Shown here one piece after another: positions 36,262 through 48,400 of a stretch of DNA of 64,000 nucleotides. Origin of the DNA: Epithemia pelagica (lineage: Eukaryota; Protista; Bacillariophyta). The notes below the pieces were generated by a model. It did no database searches, had not been told where the DNA came from, and worked only from the letters and a program-made list of their open reading frames with translations. Position numbers and translations under genes: made by a program. Each line of letters opens with the position of its first letter. Position 1 is the stretch's first letter. The stretch lies in contig OX337231.1 of the NCBI GenBank assembly GCA_946965045.2, forward strand, positions 682,001 to 746,000, written 5' to 3'.

Positions 36262-36705
36262 ATGGTTGAGGTTCAGGAAAAAGACAAGGGTGAGGAGATT
36301 CGATTCGTTGGAGGCACATACGCTGGGAGGACAGGTTGGCAACATGCTGGAAAAGAAGACACCGCAAAGATGACCCATGTGATCATTGAAAAGGAAGAAG
36401 GACGCCTCAAGGGAACAAGAGTTCGAAAGGAGAATGTCAGAAAGGAGGATAAAACTCCTCCTGCCAATTATGAAGCTGCCATGCTGAATCAGCAGCGTGA
36501 CATTGAAGTTCTGCTGCGGCAGGTTACCAAGAAAATCGCCAAATGTGGATTGTATGACTCGACCATCATTTCGATGGTGTTTACCCAATTCATGGACGAG
36601 GCCATCCAGACCCAGCGAGACCTTGGCTATGAGGCCCAGTGGCACTGGGTTGACTTCACCCCGCCAGATGTGGTTCAATCTGATGCTCCTGCTGGACAAC
36701 ACTAG
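36262..36705 (+). CDS. Transposon accessory ORF4 (147 aa, KOW/SH3-like N-terminus)
   Basis: Intact ORF divergent from the transposase and inside the TIRs. KGEEIRFVGGTYAGRTGW resembles a KOW motif. Confidence 0.55.
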   Translation: MVEVQEKDKGEEIRFVGGTYAGRTGWQHAGKEDTAKMTHVIIEKEEGRLKGTRVRKENVRKEDKTPPANYEAAMLNQQRDIEVLLRQVTKKIAKCGLYDSTIISMVFTQFMDEAIQTQRDLGYEAQWHWVDFTPPDVVQSDAPAGQH

Positions 36706-36859
36706 AAGATGGAATGAAGTGAGACAAAATCGTTCCTGGAGATGAGCACAACAACAAGGAACAACAAACTTACCTTCGTAGATAACAAGTAGTAGTAAAT
36801 GTGTTTGATTGCCATGTGTTCAATCATGATTCTGCAGACTCTGGTGGGCCATCCCTGTC

Positions 36860-37418
36860 GAGTTTGTCAAGTTGTCGAATTTGTAGAGTTTGTCGAATTT
36901 GTAGAGATCGTCGAATTTGTAGAATTTGTAGAATTTGTCAAACTTGTCGAATTTGTCAAACTTGTAGAATCTTCGAGTTACAAAGGTTCCTTTGCCTCTT
37001 GCTCTTGTGGTCGGATGCCATTGCCATTGCCATTGTCATGGCTCCGCGCATCATTGTTGTTCTTCTTCTTGTTGTTGATGAGAGCAAGGAAATAACGCGA
37101 TGCAATACACTAAAGCCACGAGCTGTCGTCTTTTGGCGGTCTTCTGCCGTTTGTTGCGAATACCCTGTTGGGGAATTCGCATTTTGCCAAGAACACGAAA
37201 AAAGCCGCACCTTTGCTTAATGCCCATTAGATTATCTCATCATAATCCGACTGTACTCCACATTAGTGGACAACTGTAGAAAATGAACTAGGCTATAATA
37301 AAGGAAAAGAAAACCAATGTCGCACCAGAAGGGCAATATGGACTTTTGTACAACAATTGTAGAATTTGTCAACCTTACAGTAAAAATGTCACCTATTGAC
37401 AAGAAATAATGGGTATCC
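36860..37418 (-). repeat. Right TIR; the 9-bp array extends further inward (36860-36970) than in the left TIR
   Basis: Inverted match to 26959-27471. Confidence 0.88.
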
Positions 37419-37421
37419 CTG

Positions 37422-39052
37422 GGACACCCGGAAAATCTTCACACGCGACCAATCAAACAAAATTGTAGAAATTTCATATTACAGTACAATGATCTTAAGT
37501 AATCTTGAGAAAATCTAACGGTCGCGCATGCATGGACCGGAAAGTAATCTACTTAAGGATTTTGCACGCACGCATAGCACTAGGAAAATTCACATCATAT
37601 GCGAATTTTCCCATCAGATGCGAATTTTCACATGAGAGGTGAGAATCTTCACGTGAAGAATCGCACCTTCATGTGAATTTTCACATCTCATGTGAAGAAA
37701 AAATTTCTTCACATCTTCTTCTCATCTTCTTCACATCGTCTTCACATCGTCTTCACATCATGTTCGAACCACCTTGGGATCCACAGAATTTGTCGTCGTC
37801 ATCATCTCATCATCATGTTGGATGCTCTCGACTCAAGATTGGTTGCGGGCTGAATCAAGTTTGGTCCAAGGCATTTTGAATCGACACCACCTACCAATCA
37901 TACTACACCACCTACCAATCACTACAACTACAGCCGTTGTTTTTGTTGTCCTTGGGACGGCAAGATTTGATTGAAACGACCAGTTGATTGGATCCCATTG
38001 CCAAGATGGCACGGATTTGGGACGTCGTGGCCTTCATTAAAAACACCCTTGCTCCACGCCAATGTTGTTTTGAGCGACTATGGCATTCTACCCGACCCCC
38101 AAGCTAGGATAACCACCAACCAACCAGTGACAACCACCGCAACCCCAAGTTTGCGAGTGCGACACCCTCCACCAGCACAACAACAACAACAACGACGACG
38201 ACATCTACGACTGATTCACCGTGGCACTGTCCTGGTCAAGTCCATTGGGAATTGGCCTTACGGTTGGTCCAACAATTCAACGGTATCAAGAGTCCCTCGT
38301 CCTGACCCTGACCCAACAACCAACGCTGCAAGAGCAGCAACATACCCATGGCACTCATAGTCTCACTAGTGAAGGATCAACACAACCATCTAATCCCTGG
38401 TCGTTGTGGAATGCCAACAATTGTTTTCGTACACCCAGGTACGAACGATATTGACACTGGTTTGGTCAAGACGGCATGCTTTGTTCTCACAAGAATACCC
38501 AGCCTACGGACAACAAGACAAAACCAGATGACAACAACAAGGACAACAAGGATCTGGTCGGGGCTGCTGGAAACACAACAACAACAACAGCTCCAAGGAA
38601 TCAATGAGGTCCCAGTCCCGGAGGATCAGGAGAAACAGCAACACTAGTAACTACTTTCTATAGTCCTTTATTCTCCCATTTTTCTTTCATACTCTCATTT
38701 TTGTTGTTTTCACATCGTCTTCACATCTCCTTCACATCTTCTTCACATCTCCTTCACATCGTTGATGTGAATTTTCACATATTCATGTGAATTTTCACAT
38801 GAAGTGTGAATATTCCTATCGCCACTTTTTTCTTCACATGACAGATGCGAAATTTCTCATCGACGATGTGAAATTTCACATGAAGATTCCTGTAAGTAAA
38901 TTCGAACGCCGTCCTGGTTGAACTTTTTAGGTTACTTAAAGACAAGAGAAGGCATGCGTGATAACAAATGAATACTTAGATGACTTGTACAGTACTATGC
39001 AATTCTCTAAAATGTCAACCTACAGTCCTGTGTGAGGATTTTCCGGGTGTCC
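37422..39052. mobile_element. Non-autonomous PHIS-type element (1631 bp) with a CTG TSD and subterminal TTCACAT arrays
   Basis: TIR GGACACCCGGAAAATC(T/C)TCACAC (23 bp, 1 mismatch, weaker similarity to ~85 bp). CTG at 37419-37421 and 39053-39055. TTCACAT/ATGTGAA repeats at ~37585-37760 and ~38705-38885. Confidence 0.85.
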
Positions 39053-39127
39053 CTGGTCGGACCTAGGAAGTTCGAGCGGGCCATGGGAAAGCTTGATGGC
39101 CAGAGGCCAACGGCAGTAAAACCCATG

Positions 39128-42100
39128 TCACAAACGGTAAGGGATGAGACGCCTGATATTGATGCGCTCGGTAACGTGGGGACCACGTTGAATGGTCACG
39201 GTGCCATTGGAATGGACACGCGTGATGGTGAAAGGATTGGGACTGGTACGGAGTGCCAGTTTGTCCGGATTGGTAGCGCGGATGAGCACACGATCTCCAA
39301 TCTTGTAGTCATGAAAGACGCGAGAGCAATTTGCAAGTCGAGCTCGTTCGTCAACGATGATTTGTCGCTTTTGACGAATCAATTCCATGTCCGCAAGGAT
39401 GGAAATGTCAAACAGCATGTCGCGGTGAAACGCAAGACTGCCGGGAGAATGTTTGAGGCTGCCGTGAATGGCAGTGCGTGCAGAATATGCAGCCGTTTTG
39501 CAGAGCAGTGTCGACCATAAGAGCGGCCTGTTCAATGTTTTGCGGCGGCTCGTAGTTAACGATAGCGCGTAACGAATTGCCAATTGTCAGATGAAGACGT
39601 TCACATAGGGCATTGGATTGTGGATTCTTGGCCGTTAGAGGCACTGGCTTGACGCCATGATTGCGGAGCACTTGCGTAAACGCATGGCCGATGAACTCGC
39701 CGCCTTGGTCGAAAAGGCAACGAACAGGGCGAGGATAGCGTGAAAGCCATGAATTCTCGAGTTGGAGACCAACATGTCGAGCGGTTTTGTCGTATATGCG
39801 GATGATCTCGCAGAAATTGGTAGCGGTGTCAATGACCGTCAGGGCCTGAAAGGTCAGGGCCATACCATGGACTTTGACTGGTGTCCAGGGGCCGATAAGA
39901 TCGACGGCAATGTCGGACCAGGGATTACCACGGACCTCACGAGGAGGCAATTCTCCGTAATGTCGATGAACGACCTTCGACCGTTGACAGGTCGGACAGC
40001 TGGAAACAGCTTGATCGCAGTGGAACCAGTGTGGTTAAGCACGAGATGATACCAGTTGACTGTGTGCGCGAGAAGCGAGTCAGGAATGCGAATGCGCCAG
40101 AGGGCATTGACCGATTGTCGATAACAGACAAGATTGTGTTGAGGGTTTTCCGTAGGAAAGGGTTGTTGATGATAATAGTCAGGTTTGGACTGAACCAACG
40201 CCATTAAGGCGGCATTGTTTTGTTGATGCTGAAATATCGTAGCATAGTCAACCGGTAGAGGTTGGGTGGCCGTAATGGCGGGATGATTGAGATACACATC
40301 GATCAACTCTTCGTCCATGAAAATAGGGGATTCATGAGAATCCGCGTCACGAGACGCTAAGCGGGGGTCATCATTAGGCGCACGAGGAACCTGAAACACG
40401 GAGTGCTTGCCGCTATGATCGAAAAGGGATCGTGGTCCAGACGAGGGACCGGTAGAAGGGCCTAGTCAGACGCGTCCACATAGACGTGGAAGGGAATGTT
40501 GTGATCGGGATAGCGGATAAACGCATCATGCGCAAGCATGGCTTTGACGTTTTCAAAGGCTTTCTGACATTGCGGGGACCATTCAAAGGTCTTCTTGCCG
40601 GTCAAGGCCGATAGCGGAGGTAAGTGATGGGATCGCTGAGGATACATGTGACGATAGAAATTAACCATGCCAATGAAGGAACGTAGTTCTTTCATGGTGC
40701 GAGGAGGCGATAAAGCAAGAATCGCGGAAATCTTTTTCTTCCATGGTCGTAGACCTGTAGGCGTGAGCCAATGGCCAAGGAAGTCGGTTTCCTTCACGGC
40801 CCATTCACATTTGTGAGGAGTGATTGAAAAGTTCTTGTCTTGAAGACGTTGGAGGACCTTGTTGAGAATCTCGACATGTTCTTCCCAACTGTCGGAAAAG
40901 ACACCGATATCGTCGATGTAGACTTCGACGTGATCGCGAAAGTCAGCGAGGACTTCTTCCATGAGCTCCTGACAGAAGTCTGGGGATTGCTTGACTCCCA
41001 TAGGGAGACGACGATAGCGAAACTTGCAAAAAGGAGTAGTGATAACGCAAAGATTGCTGGAAAACTCGTCGAGTTTGAAAGTGTGAAAACACATAGAAAT
41101 GTCAAGTTTTGTGAAATACTTGTAGCCTTTGCGTCGTCGAAGAATATCTTCGATCCGTGGAAAGGGATAGACGCGGCAATACATTTGCCCATTGAGCGAG
41201 CGAAAGTCCGAGATCATTTGGATTCGTCCATCCTTTTTAGGAATGGCGAAATGAGGAGCGGCCCACTCAGTGGAACCAACTCGTTCGAGAATGCCGATAT
41301 TGACAAACCGAAACAGTTCCTTTTTAAAGGTGTCATGAATATTGCGAGGGACCGCATAATGACGATGATGAGCCGGTTTGGCATCGGGCATGAGATCGAG
41401 ATGCAGCTCTTTGTCCGGATAGGCACGCAGGACGCTATCAAAGATGCGCCCGCATTTCAGCCACACACCAAGAAGATCTTGTTGTTGTGAGGGCGTCAAA
41501 TGGGTCTGTTGAGCAAGAAGCTAATCGAGATCTGCCTGTTTGTAATTTGAATCAAGCAGATAATCGTCACCAAGGACGTCATCATCTGCGAAGAGATCGA
41601 TGAAATGCGAGACGAACTCATGTTCAGTCGCGAATGAATCGCGGTCACGCATGGCGACTTCCACGGAGTCCCACGAGGTGACTCCACGATCGAAATCAAG
41701 AAGGACGCCCAGAGGGCGAAGCAAATCGCGACCGATGATGATAACATAGCGACTGTTGGGAGCATCATAGATGTCGACCCATAAGGGAAAGGTTACATGC
41801 TTGGTTCGTGAGAACTTTGGGAGCACAAGGTCTTCCAGAAGAATTTCGGACACACCGGAACGAGTTCCCATGGTCGTGTTCACGGAACGGTCGGTAGACC
41901 GCGGTATCATGCCTGGTTGAAGGCAGCGTGAATGAAGAATTGTCTTGTCAGCACCTGAATCCAGCAGGGCATGCAAGGGAAGCGTATTCTCGACACCGCC
42001 AATATGGCGAGCCATGACGATGGTGAGTGGAACGCATTCAGGCCGAGAAGGCAAATCTAACGAATGAACATCACTAGATGAAGGAAAATGGGAGTAGAAC

Positions 42101-43021
42101 TCATCATAAGACTCTAGGTTATCCAAGTAACCGCTATAAGGATCAATCACCTCGCTTATAAAAGCGTCATCACGACATAGAGACGCGGGCGTAAGCAGCG
42201 AGACCTCCTTGGGTGGAAAGGTCGTAGATGTGGGCAATGTCCATTCCGCGCCCATAGATTTTATTGAGCTGGTCGATGACCTGGTTGATGGGTGCATCGG
42301 GATGGATTGCGCTGCCGGCATAGTCGTTGGCGGGCCAGTTTGGATCTGACATTGCTGCGAGAACAAAACGTCCAGGTGATGAGTCTTATCGTCTGGAGAC
42401 GAGGAAAAGGAAGACGAAAGGTAAGACATACCGGGGACCGTCTTTTCAGGGTTGCGAAGATCGCTCCACTGCTGGATTCCCTCAGCATCAAAAGGAATGG
42501 TAGTCTGAGGGCTTTCGAGGCCCAGAAAGGAGGAAGGTGCAAAAGGCACTGACTTCACTGACAAGGACCAGAGGGGCGAAAACCGCAGCAATCAAACCTT
42601 GGAAGCAGGCTTCATCGAGGTTGGTGCCAGGAGGCAAACCATTGTAGGCTTCGAGAAAGGGATCGGCGATAGCGCTGGTGACCGAGCGAGGAAAATACTC
42701 GCAACAAGCGGCAAAGGGATCCGGATGACCGGAGATGCGGATCTTGTCCACAAAGTGGAGGATCCAAAGGAAAAGATCTCGAGGGTCTTCATCCGTCGAC
42801 TCCCGGAATGGGAGGAGGTTGGCGTAGTACTTGTCGTCGTCATCTTTGAGCTTGAGAGAGGAAAAGGAATCTGAGGACAGAGCCTCATCAACGCGACGCT
42901 GGAAGCGGAGTGCATCGACAAGGGTAATGAACCCATTGGTGTTGTCTGCCATGATGGAGAGATGCAATGGTGAGAAAAGGAAAGGAAAGGAATCAAAGGA
43001 CGGGCAAAAGGAATTGCACAA
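39128..43021 (-). pseudogene. pol: Gypsy gag-pol remnants (frameshifted and internally deleted)
   Basis: LLDSGAD (protease, 41521-42591), FTKLDISM...YIDDIGVFS (RT, 40462-41499), HVYVDASD (RNase H start), PWSDIAVDLIGPW/FDQGGEF/NALCER (integrase), and GPY/F-like PNPFTITRVHSNGTV. Confidence 0.9.
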
Positions 43022-43087
43022 ACGTCGACCGCCAGAGGCTTATGGTGGAAAGAGAAAAAACAAGGGCGTTGAGGAATCTGATCAGAG

Positions 43088-43291
43088 TGCCATACCCATG
43101 CATAATGGTAGGACGTAAAAATTATGATCTTTTGGAATTAGGCTAGGAAAGTGAGCGATGGCCAGAGAAGCCATCTGCACACGGGACAAGGACGGACTGA
43201 ATTCTGCGAACGTCGGTGTCAAAGATTCAACTAGGGACCTATCGAGTCATGTTAACGTGGAATCGTGGCGGGACAGAGTCCGGGTACCGCA
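43088..43291 (-). repeat. Gypsy 5' LTR (204 bp)
   Basis: Direct repeat of 26154-26357. Confidence 0.9.
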
Positions 43292-44585
43292 ATACTCCCT
43301 CCTGAAACTTTTACTGGATCGATTTGACTTCAAATCGTCATAACTTTACGAGAGAACGTCGGATTTTTCTAGAAATTATACCAAGTTTTAGATCTACTCA
43401 TTAGCTTTAAAATGGTATAAGACATATATGTTCAATTTGTTGATCCTGGGGACCTGGGGAGATATGACCCTGTTAGAGGTGCTACATGAAAGCAAAATTT
43501 TCTAATCCGCACCGCGACCTACCTAAAGGTCGTAGTTCTACATCTGCCCCGCGGAGTGATCCGAGGAGTGGGGCACTTCTCGGGGGCCTAACTCCGAGAA
43601 GGGCAATAGGTCCTCGTCGTGTACTGCCCCAAATCCGCTTAACGCCACACGTAAAGAACGGGTTTTAAGCTTATGAGAGCAGCATATAGTTGTCTCCCAT
43701 AAATTTTATGTGAGTCAACGTGCTGCTCCCATAGCCAAACCAAGCTGCGTTAAGGAAAATGACAATGGCCCCCTCCGGGTTGGCTTTTGTCATGCGAGTC
43801 CCGCCTAGTCCATGATGTGGCGACAATGATGTAGTGACCATGATGTAGTGATACAAGAAGTCGACAAGTAAGTTGACAAAGTAACTCTTCACATTTACAA
43901 ATCTCTGTTGTATTCCTCTATCTATTGTTGTTTTCAGAATCCATGGTTTTCCATGGTTTCGTTGTCCACCATTGTCGTTGTTGTCTTTTTTTTGTTCTCG
44001 ACCTCTTCCATATTACTGTTGTCGGCAATCCTTCTCCTCTTTCTTGTGTATTTTGGCTTCCTCATCATCAGCTCCCTCTGGTGGTGTTGTACTGGCTAGG
44101 TTGGCAGCATCTTGGATGGGTTGCTTGACATCTGGGATCGATATCTTGGATGGATTGCTCAGCATGTGGATCGATGAGCCGTTGCAACAAATCCAGTTGT
44201 GCCGACTCACAGTCATCATTTTCCACAGGGAAGGGTTGGGACGACATTTCCTTTGGTCCAGACCTTCTCCACCATATAGAGAGTCAGAATGGAGAGTCCT
44301 GCAACGATCGGCTCAGATGGTATGAATATAGAACGATACAAAGTTGGGTCACGGGCGAAGGATGAGCGAAATGAGCAAAAATGAGGAAAATCACCAATTT
44401 TTCAAGTTCAAATATCAAGGCAATGAGTGGATCTTTACTGTAGACTATCCTATATGAAGTTGTTCAGAATTTCAAGATCTATGGAACGATGAAGTCAGAT
44501 TTGGATGAAAATGAATTTTGATGAAGTTATACGAAGTGAAAGTTAAGGGAGTAGCGTATACGCTACCCGCTTACGATTGGCGTTA

Positions 44586-45209
44586 ACCATTTGTCGTGCC
44601 ATGGAACGACACGTTCATCATTCGTTTGTCATGAACCGTTTGTGTTGTGGAGCCTTGGAAAGCTTGTTGAATGACAATGATTAGGGACGAGTTCTCTTGT
44701 GGAATCAACAAGAACCCAGTGGCATTGGCTTGGTCTTGTCGGACATGCGAAACCGTCCCGGCGATGAGGAATTGCAGTCGGCCGGGTGTGGGATATTGGC
44801 CCATTTTGCCATGGGCGATTTGATGCAATTGGCCATTCATTCCTTTGTCGACACGGTCATTTCCCAGGGAGCGGTCCCGGTCGTGTTGACGGCCCTTCAA
44901 TCGCATCCCACCAGTGTCAAGGTCCAAGGACGGGCCTGTAGTGCCATTGGTGTCTTGAGTTATCATGGCCTGGCACGACACGACTTGGTCCAAGCGGGGG
45001 CTATCCGGATTGTGGAACAAACCCTCTTGTGGGACAATCACCACCACCATCATGCTATCACGGACAGTGTCGTCTTTGGAACGGCCGTGTTGGCCCTCAG
45101 TCAATTGACCACGACAAACTCAACAACCACCCATGACAACAACAACAACCACAACGACCAGCACTCGTCGAGCTGGCAACCGTACCATCATCCAGCTCCG
45201 GCAGCCTGA
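44586..45209 (+). pseudogene. 5'-truncated duplicate of the ARM-repeat gene (start of segmental duplication copy B)
   Basis: Near-identical to 23247-23871 but with no 5' half. Confidence 0.88.
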
Positions 45210-45416
45210 GACGGCTCCCCCCAAAACACAACAAACAATGGCTCCATGTACGTTCTCCAGGGGATAACGAGGAAGCTAGACGAACTTTTTTTGCCACGAC
45301 AGAATCGAGGTACGGCTTCCTAGTAGTAGGAAAAAGTCATGGAATGGCCTTTCTCATTAGAGAAACCGTGCAGGTGCGTCGCTGGGACGACTCGACCAAC
45401 ACAACAAAAGTCTATG

Positions 45417-48400
45417 CGTTAGAACCAATTGCTCAGCCTTGAGCCTATGCAATGGCGCGCTTGTTTCTCCTTACAAACTTTGTTTTCGCTATAGAGTGAG
45501 CTCTCTCAGCTCGTCGTTAATCTAGTCTTAGTTTGTGCTTCCACGACCTTCTCCGACCAGAATGTCCCTGTAACTTCGTGTCGTGGTCATTCCCAAGGCA
45601 TTAGGACCGGCGTCTGATCCGGCAATGGCTTTTCCTTTCTTGTTATCATGTTGTTGACTTGTGTCCCCATCCGTATTGCTGCCGTCCCTGTATGACTTCT
45701 TGTCTCCCTGGTGGACAAGTTTGGTCTTTGGCATGGTCGGCATTGCTTCCGAATGACCAGCTTCCGAATCGTTCGTCCGTCGGTTCTCGTGCTTCAACAC
45801 ACTCCTTGGGTCCTCCATCTCGTCAGTTGGTGGATCCATTCCCATTACGAGGTTCCGCAACTTGTGAAACAAGAGTCCTTGAAGAGGTTTTGTGAAAAAG
45901 TCCGCTATCATGTCCTTGGTTGGACAGTGCTCGATTGATATTTCCCCTTTCTTCACTTGATCGGTAATATAAAAATAATGTATGTGCATGTGTTTGGTTC
46001 GTCTCGTGCTTGATTGGCGTCCATTCTTCTCAAGAAGTATAGAACTCAAGTTATCTTTATACAGCACGTTTGCAGCGATGGAAAACCCTTGTGCTTCCAA
46101 GAACATTTTGGTCCACAATATCTGTGGAAGGACATCGTGCACGCCGACAACCTCACTCTCAGTCGAGCTACGAGTCACCAACTTTTGTTTCCAAGATCCA
46201 CTGAACACTGAGCCTTTACCCATTGACATCGTTGCTCCTGTATGACCCCTCATGTTGGGGTGCACTGCGTATGAAGCATCAATCCACCACTGCAATTTTC
46301 CATCATCCTCCACGCGTAGAGTTAAAGGAAGCGACAGGGTTCCTTGGAGATACTTCATCATTCGACTGAGTTTGCTGTAATCATCTTCGTCAGGGCAAGT
46401 TAGTCGTCCGCACAGGAAAGACACTGCTGTACAGATATCAGGACGACCCCTCTGACTGAGATATAGGGCTTGCATTACAAGGTGAACAAAATTTCCTTTT
46501 TCCTGGCATTTAAAGTTGGTGTACCCTTCGTGTTCACCTTGAACAGACTGCTGGAAGCGGGTGTTGACGCCACTCCTATCATGTCCTCGGGCATGTCATT
46601 GATCATATTGTTGATGTAGCTCTCCATTCTGATAATCACTGACCCCTCTACTGAATAGTCAAGTATCATACCGAGGTAGACGTGCACTTTTCCTCGTGAT
46701 ATGGTTAGGGGTCCTTCTTGCCCTAAGGTTTCTTCCATTTGTTGAATGAACTAATCTACCACAGTGCTGGACTTGTGTGAAACCTTGATATCGTCCACAT
46801 GCCAGGTGACTGTCAGTTGGCCACCACTGCACTTCTTATTCGCCACACACTCATCGTATGGGTTCACAACAAAACCCCATTGAACCAGTTGTTTGCTTAA
46901 CATCTCCCAAAACAGCCGAGCTGCCTTTAGAGTGCCGCAAAGGGCCTTGTCCAACACCACGTACAACGCTTTCTCCCCACGTTCATAACAAATGTAGCCG
47001 GCATAGCATGGGTCAATTTCCAGTAGCATCTCTAGCATTTCCCCAGTAAATCTGATGTGAACGATGTCGTCCATATCCGCCTGCATAAAGGCCCCTGGGA
47101 CATCTACCACTGCAACGTCTCGTTTTTCTTTTGCGTCGATAGCGGCTGTTAATAAAACCGACTCTGTTTTTACTGTAGGTGACGTCAAATCCTCTTTGGG
47201 TATATAATCGCGCTGTTTGCGCCCATCCGCGCATCCGCGACCCTTCACTTTGCCTGTTCTCTTCCTTTTCAGGAACATAAGATAGGCCAGTGCATCTCTT
47301 CGTTGTTTTGGTGTTAAGCTGTACCGCGCGACCGGCCTCATAACCTTTCTGTCATGCAGTTGCCTCATCTCTTTCCGAACAGCGTCCAATCCTTCTTCGC
47401 CGAACTTTTTCAACCCCAACTTCAATGACATTTGTGGAGTCTCCACGGTATCTTCAACCCCTGCCACTTCAGCCATGATTGCACCATCCTCCTCATCATT
47501 TTCTCGGTCGCTTGTGTCAAACTCCTCAGGATTGTATCTGTGACTATAGTCTCGTGTTCTGCGGCTTTGTAAGCTGTATCTTCCTTCATTCTCACGGTTG
47601 CCACTTTCCTCCTCATCATGTTGAGACTGGTCATCACCTTCTTCAGCCACGGCCATCACTGGGTCATCATTTTCGTCCGTGATGTTCATGGGCCTCTCAT
47701 CCTGTTCTTCTTCAATCGATACGTCATCCACGTCAACGTCATCATCAGGAGGGTCCATAGCAGCATCCTCCGGCTCCTGTTCCATAACAACTGGTGGCAC
47801 TCCTTCATTTTCCGCTTCCTCCAGCACGGGCAACACTCCTTGGTTTTCCACCACGGGCAACACTCCTTGGTTTTCATCCTCATTGTCGGCAATCTCATCC
47901 TCTGGATCGTCGTACTCGTCGTAATCGTCGTCTATTTCGTCCATCTCGTTGGGATGAAAGTCGTCATCGTCTTCATCGTCATCATCCAAATCAAGAATGT
48001 TTGCCAGGTTGTTTCTGTCCTCGAACACAAGACCAGGGTTTGCCTTTTGCTGTCGTGCCATCCTGTGCACCCGATCGATAACATCATCAGGCATAGGTAG
48101 AGCAGTTGCGTGTAGTCGATTAATGACTCGTCCCGTTGAAAGACTGAGAAAATAATGACTTCCTTGGCTATCCGGTTTATCCGGGGAACTAATGAGAACC
48201 ACAAGGGTTATATTAAACATCTGCGGAACAGCCACTTGGACAATCACGACAACTATCCAAAGACGGTATCCGATGCCTTCAATATTCTTCAGAGGCGTGA
48301 TGAAGACACAGTGGCTATCATTCCTGAGAATGACGGAGTGGCATTTGCACAAACCTTGACAAATGGGAGAGACATGAGTCAAGTCATCTGTTACAACTGC

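Larger units (their letters stand above)
26959..37418. mobile_element. Multi-gene PIF/Harbinger-like (PHIS) DNA transposon with ~500-510-bp TIRs and a CTG TSD; interrupted by Copia-2
   Basis: GGATACCCAATATTTCTTGTCGATAGG... at 26959 is the reverse complement of ...CCTATTGACAAGAAATAATGGGTATCC ending at 37418. CTG at 26956-26958 and 37419-37421. Encloses a DDE_Tnp_4-type transposase and three other ORFs. Confidence 0.9.
26154..43291 (-). mobile_element. Degenerate Ty3/Gypsy LTR retrotransposon carrying nested insertions (about 5 kb without them)
   Basis: 204-bp TG...CA LTRs at 26154-26357 and 43088-43291 with 5 mismatches. 5-bp TSD ATACT (26149-26153, 43292-43296). Purine tract AGGGAGAGGTAGAG before the 3' LTR. 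Domain order gag-PR-RT-RH-INT at 43021-39128. Confidence 0.9.

Noticed and set aside
37673-38647. Short ORFs inside the 1.6-kb non-autonomous element
   Set aside because: They are low-complexity with no recognisable domain and cannot be supported as genes.
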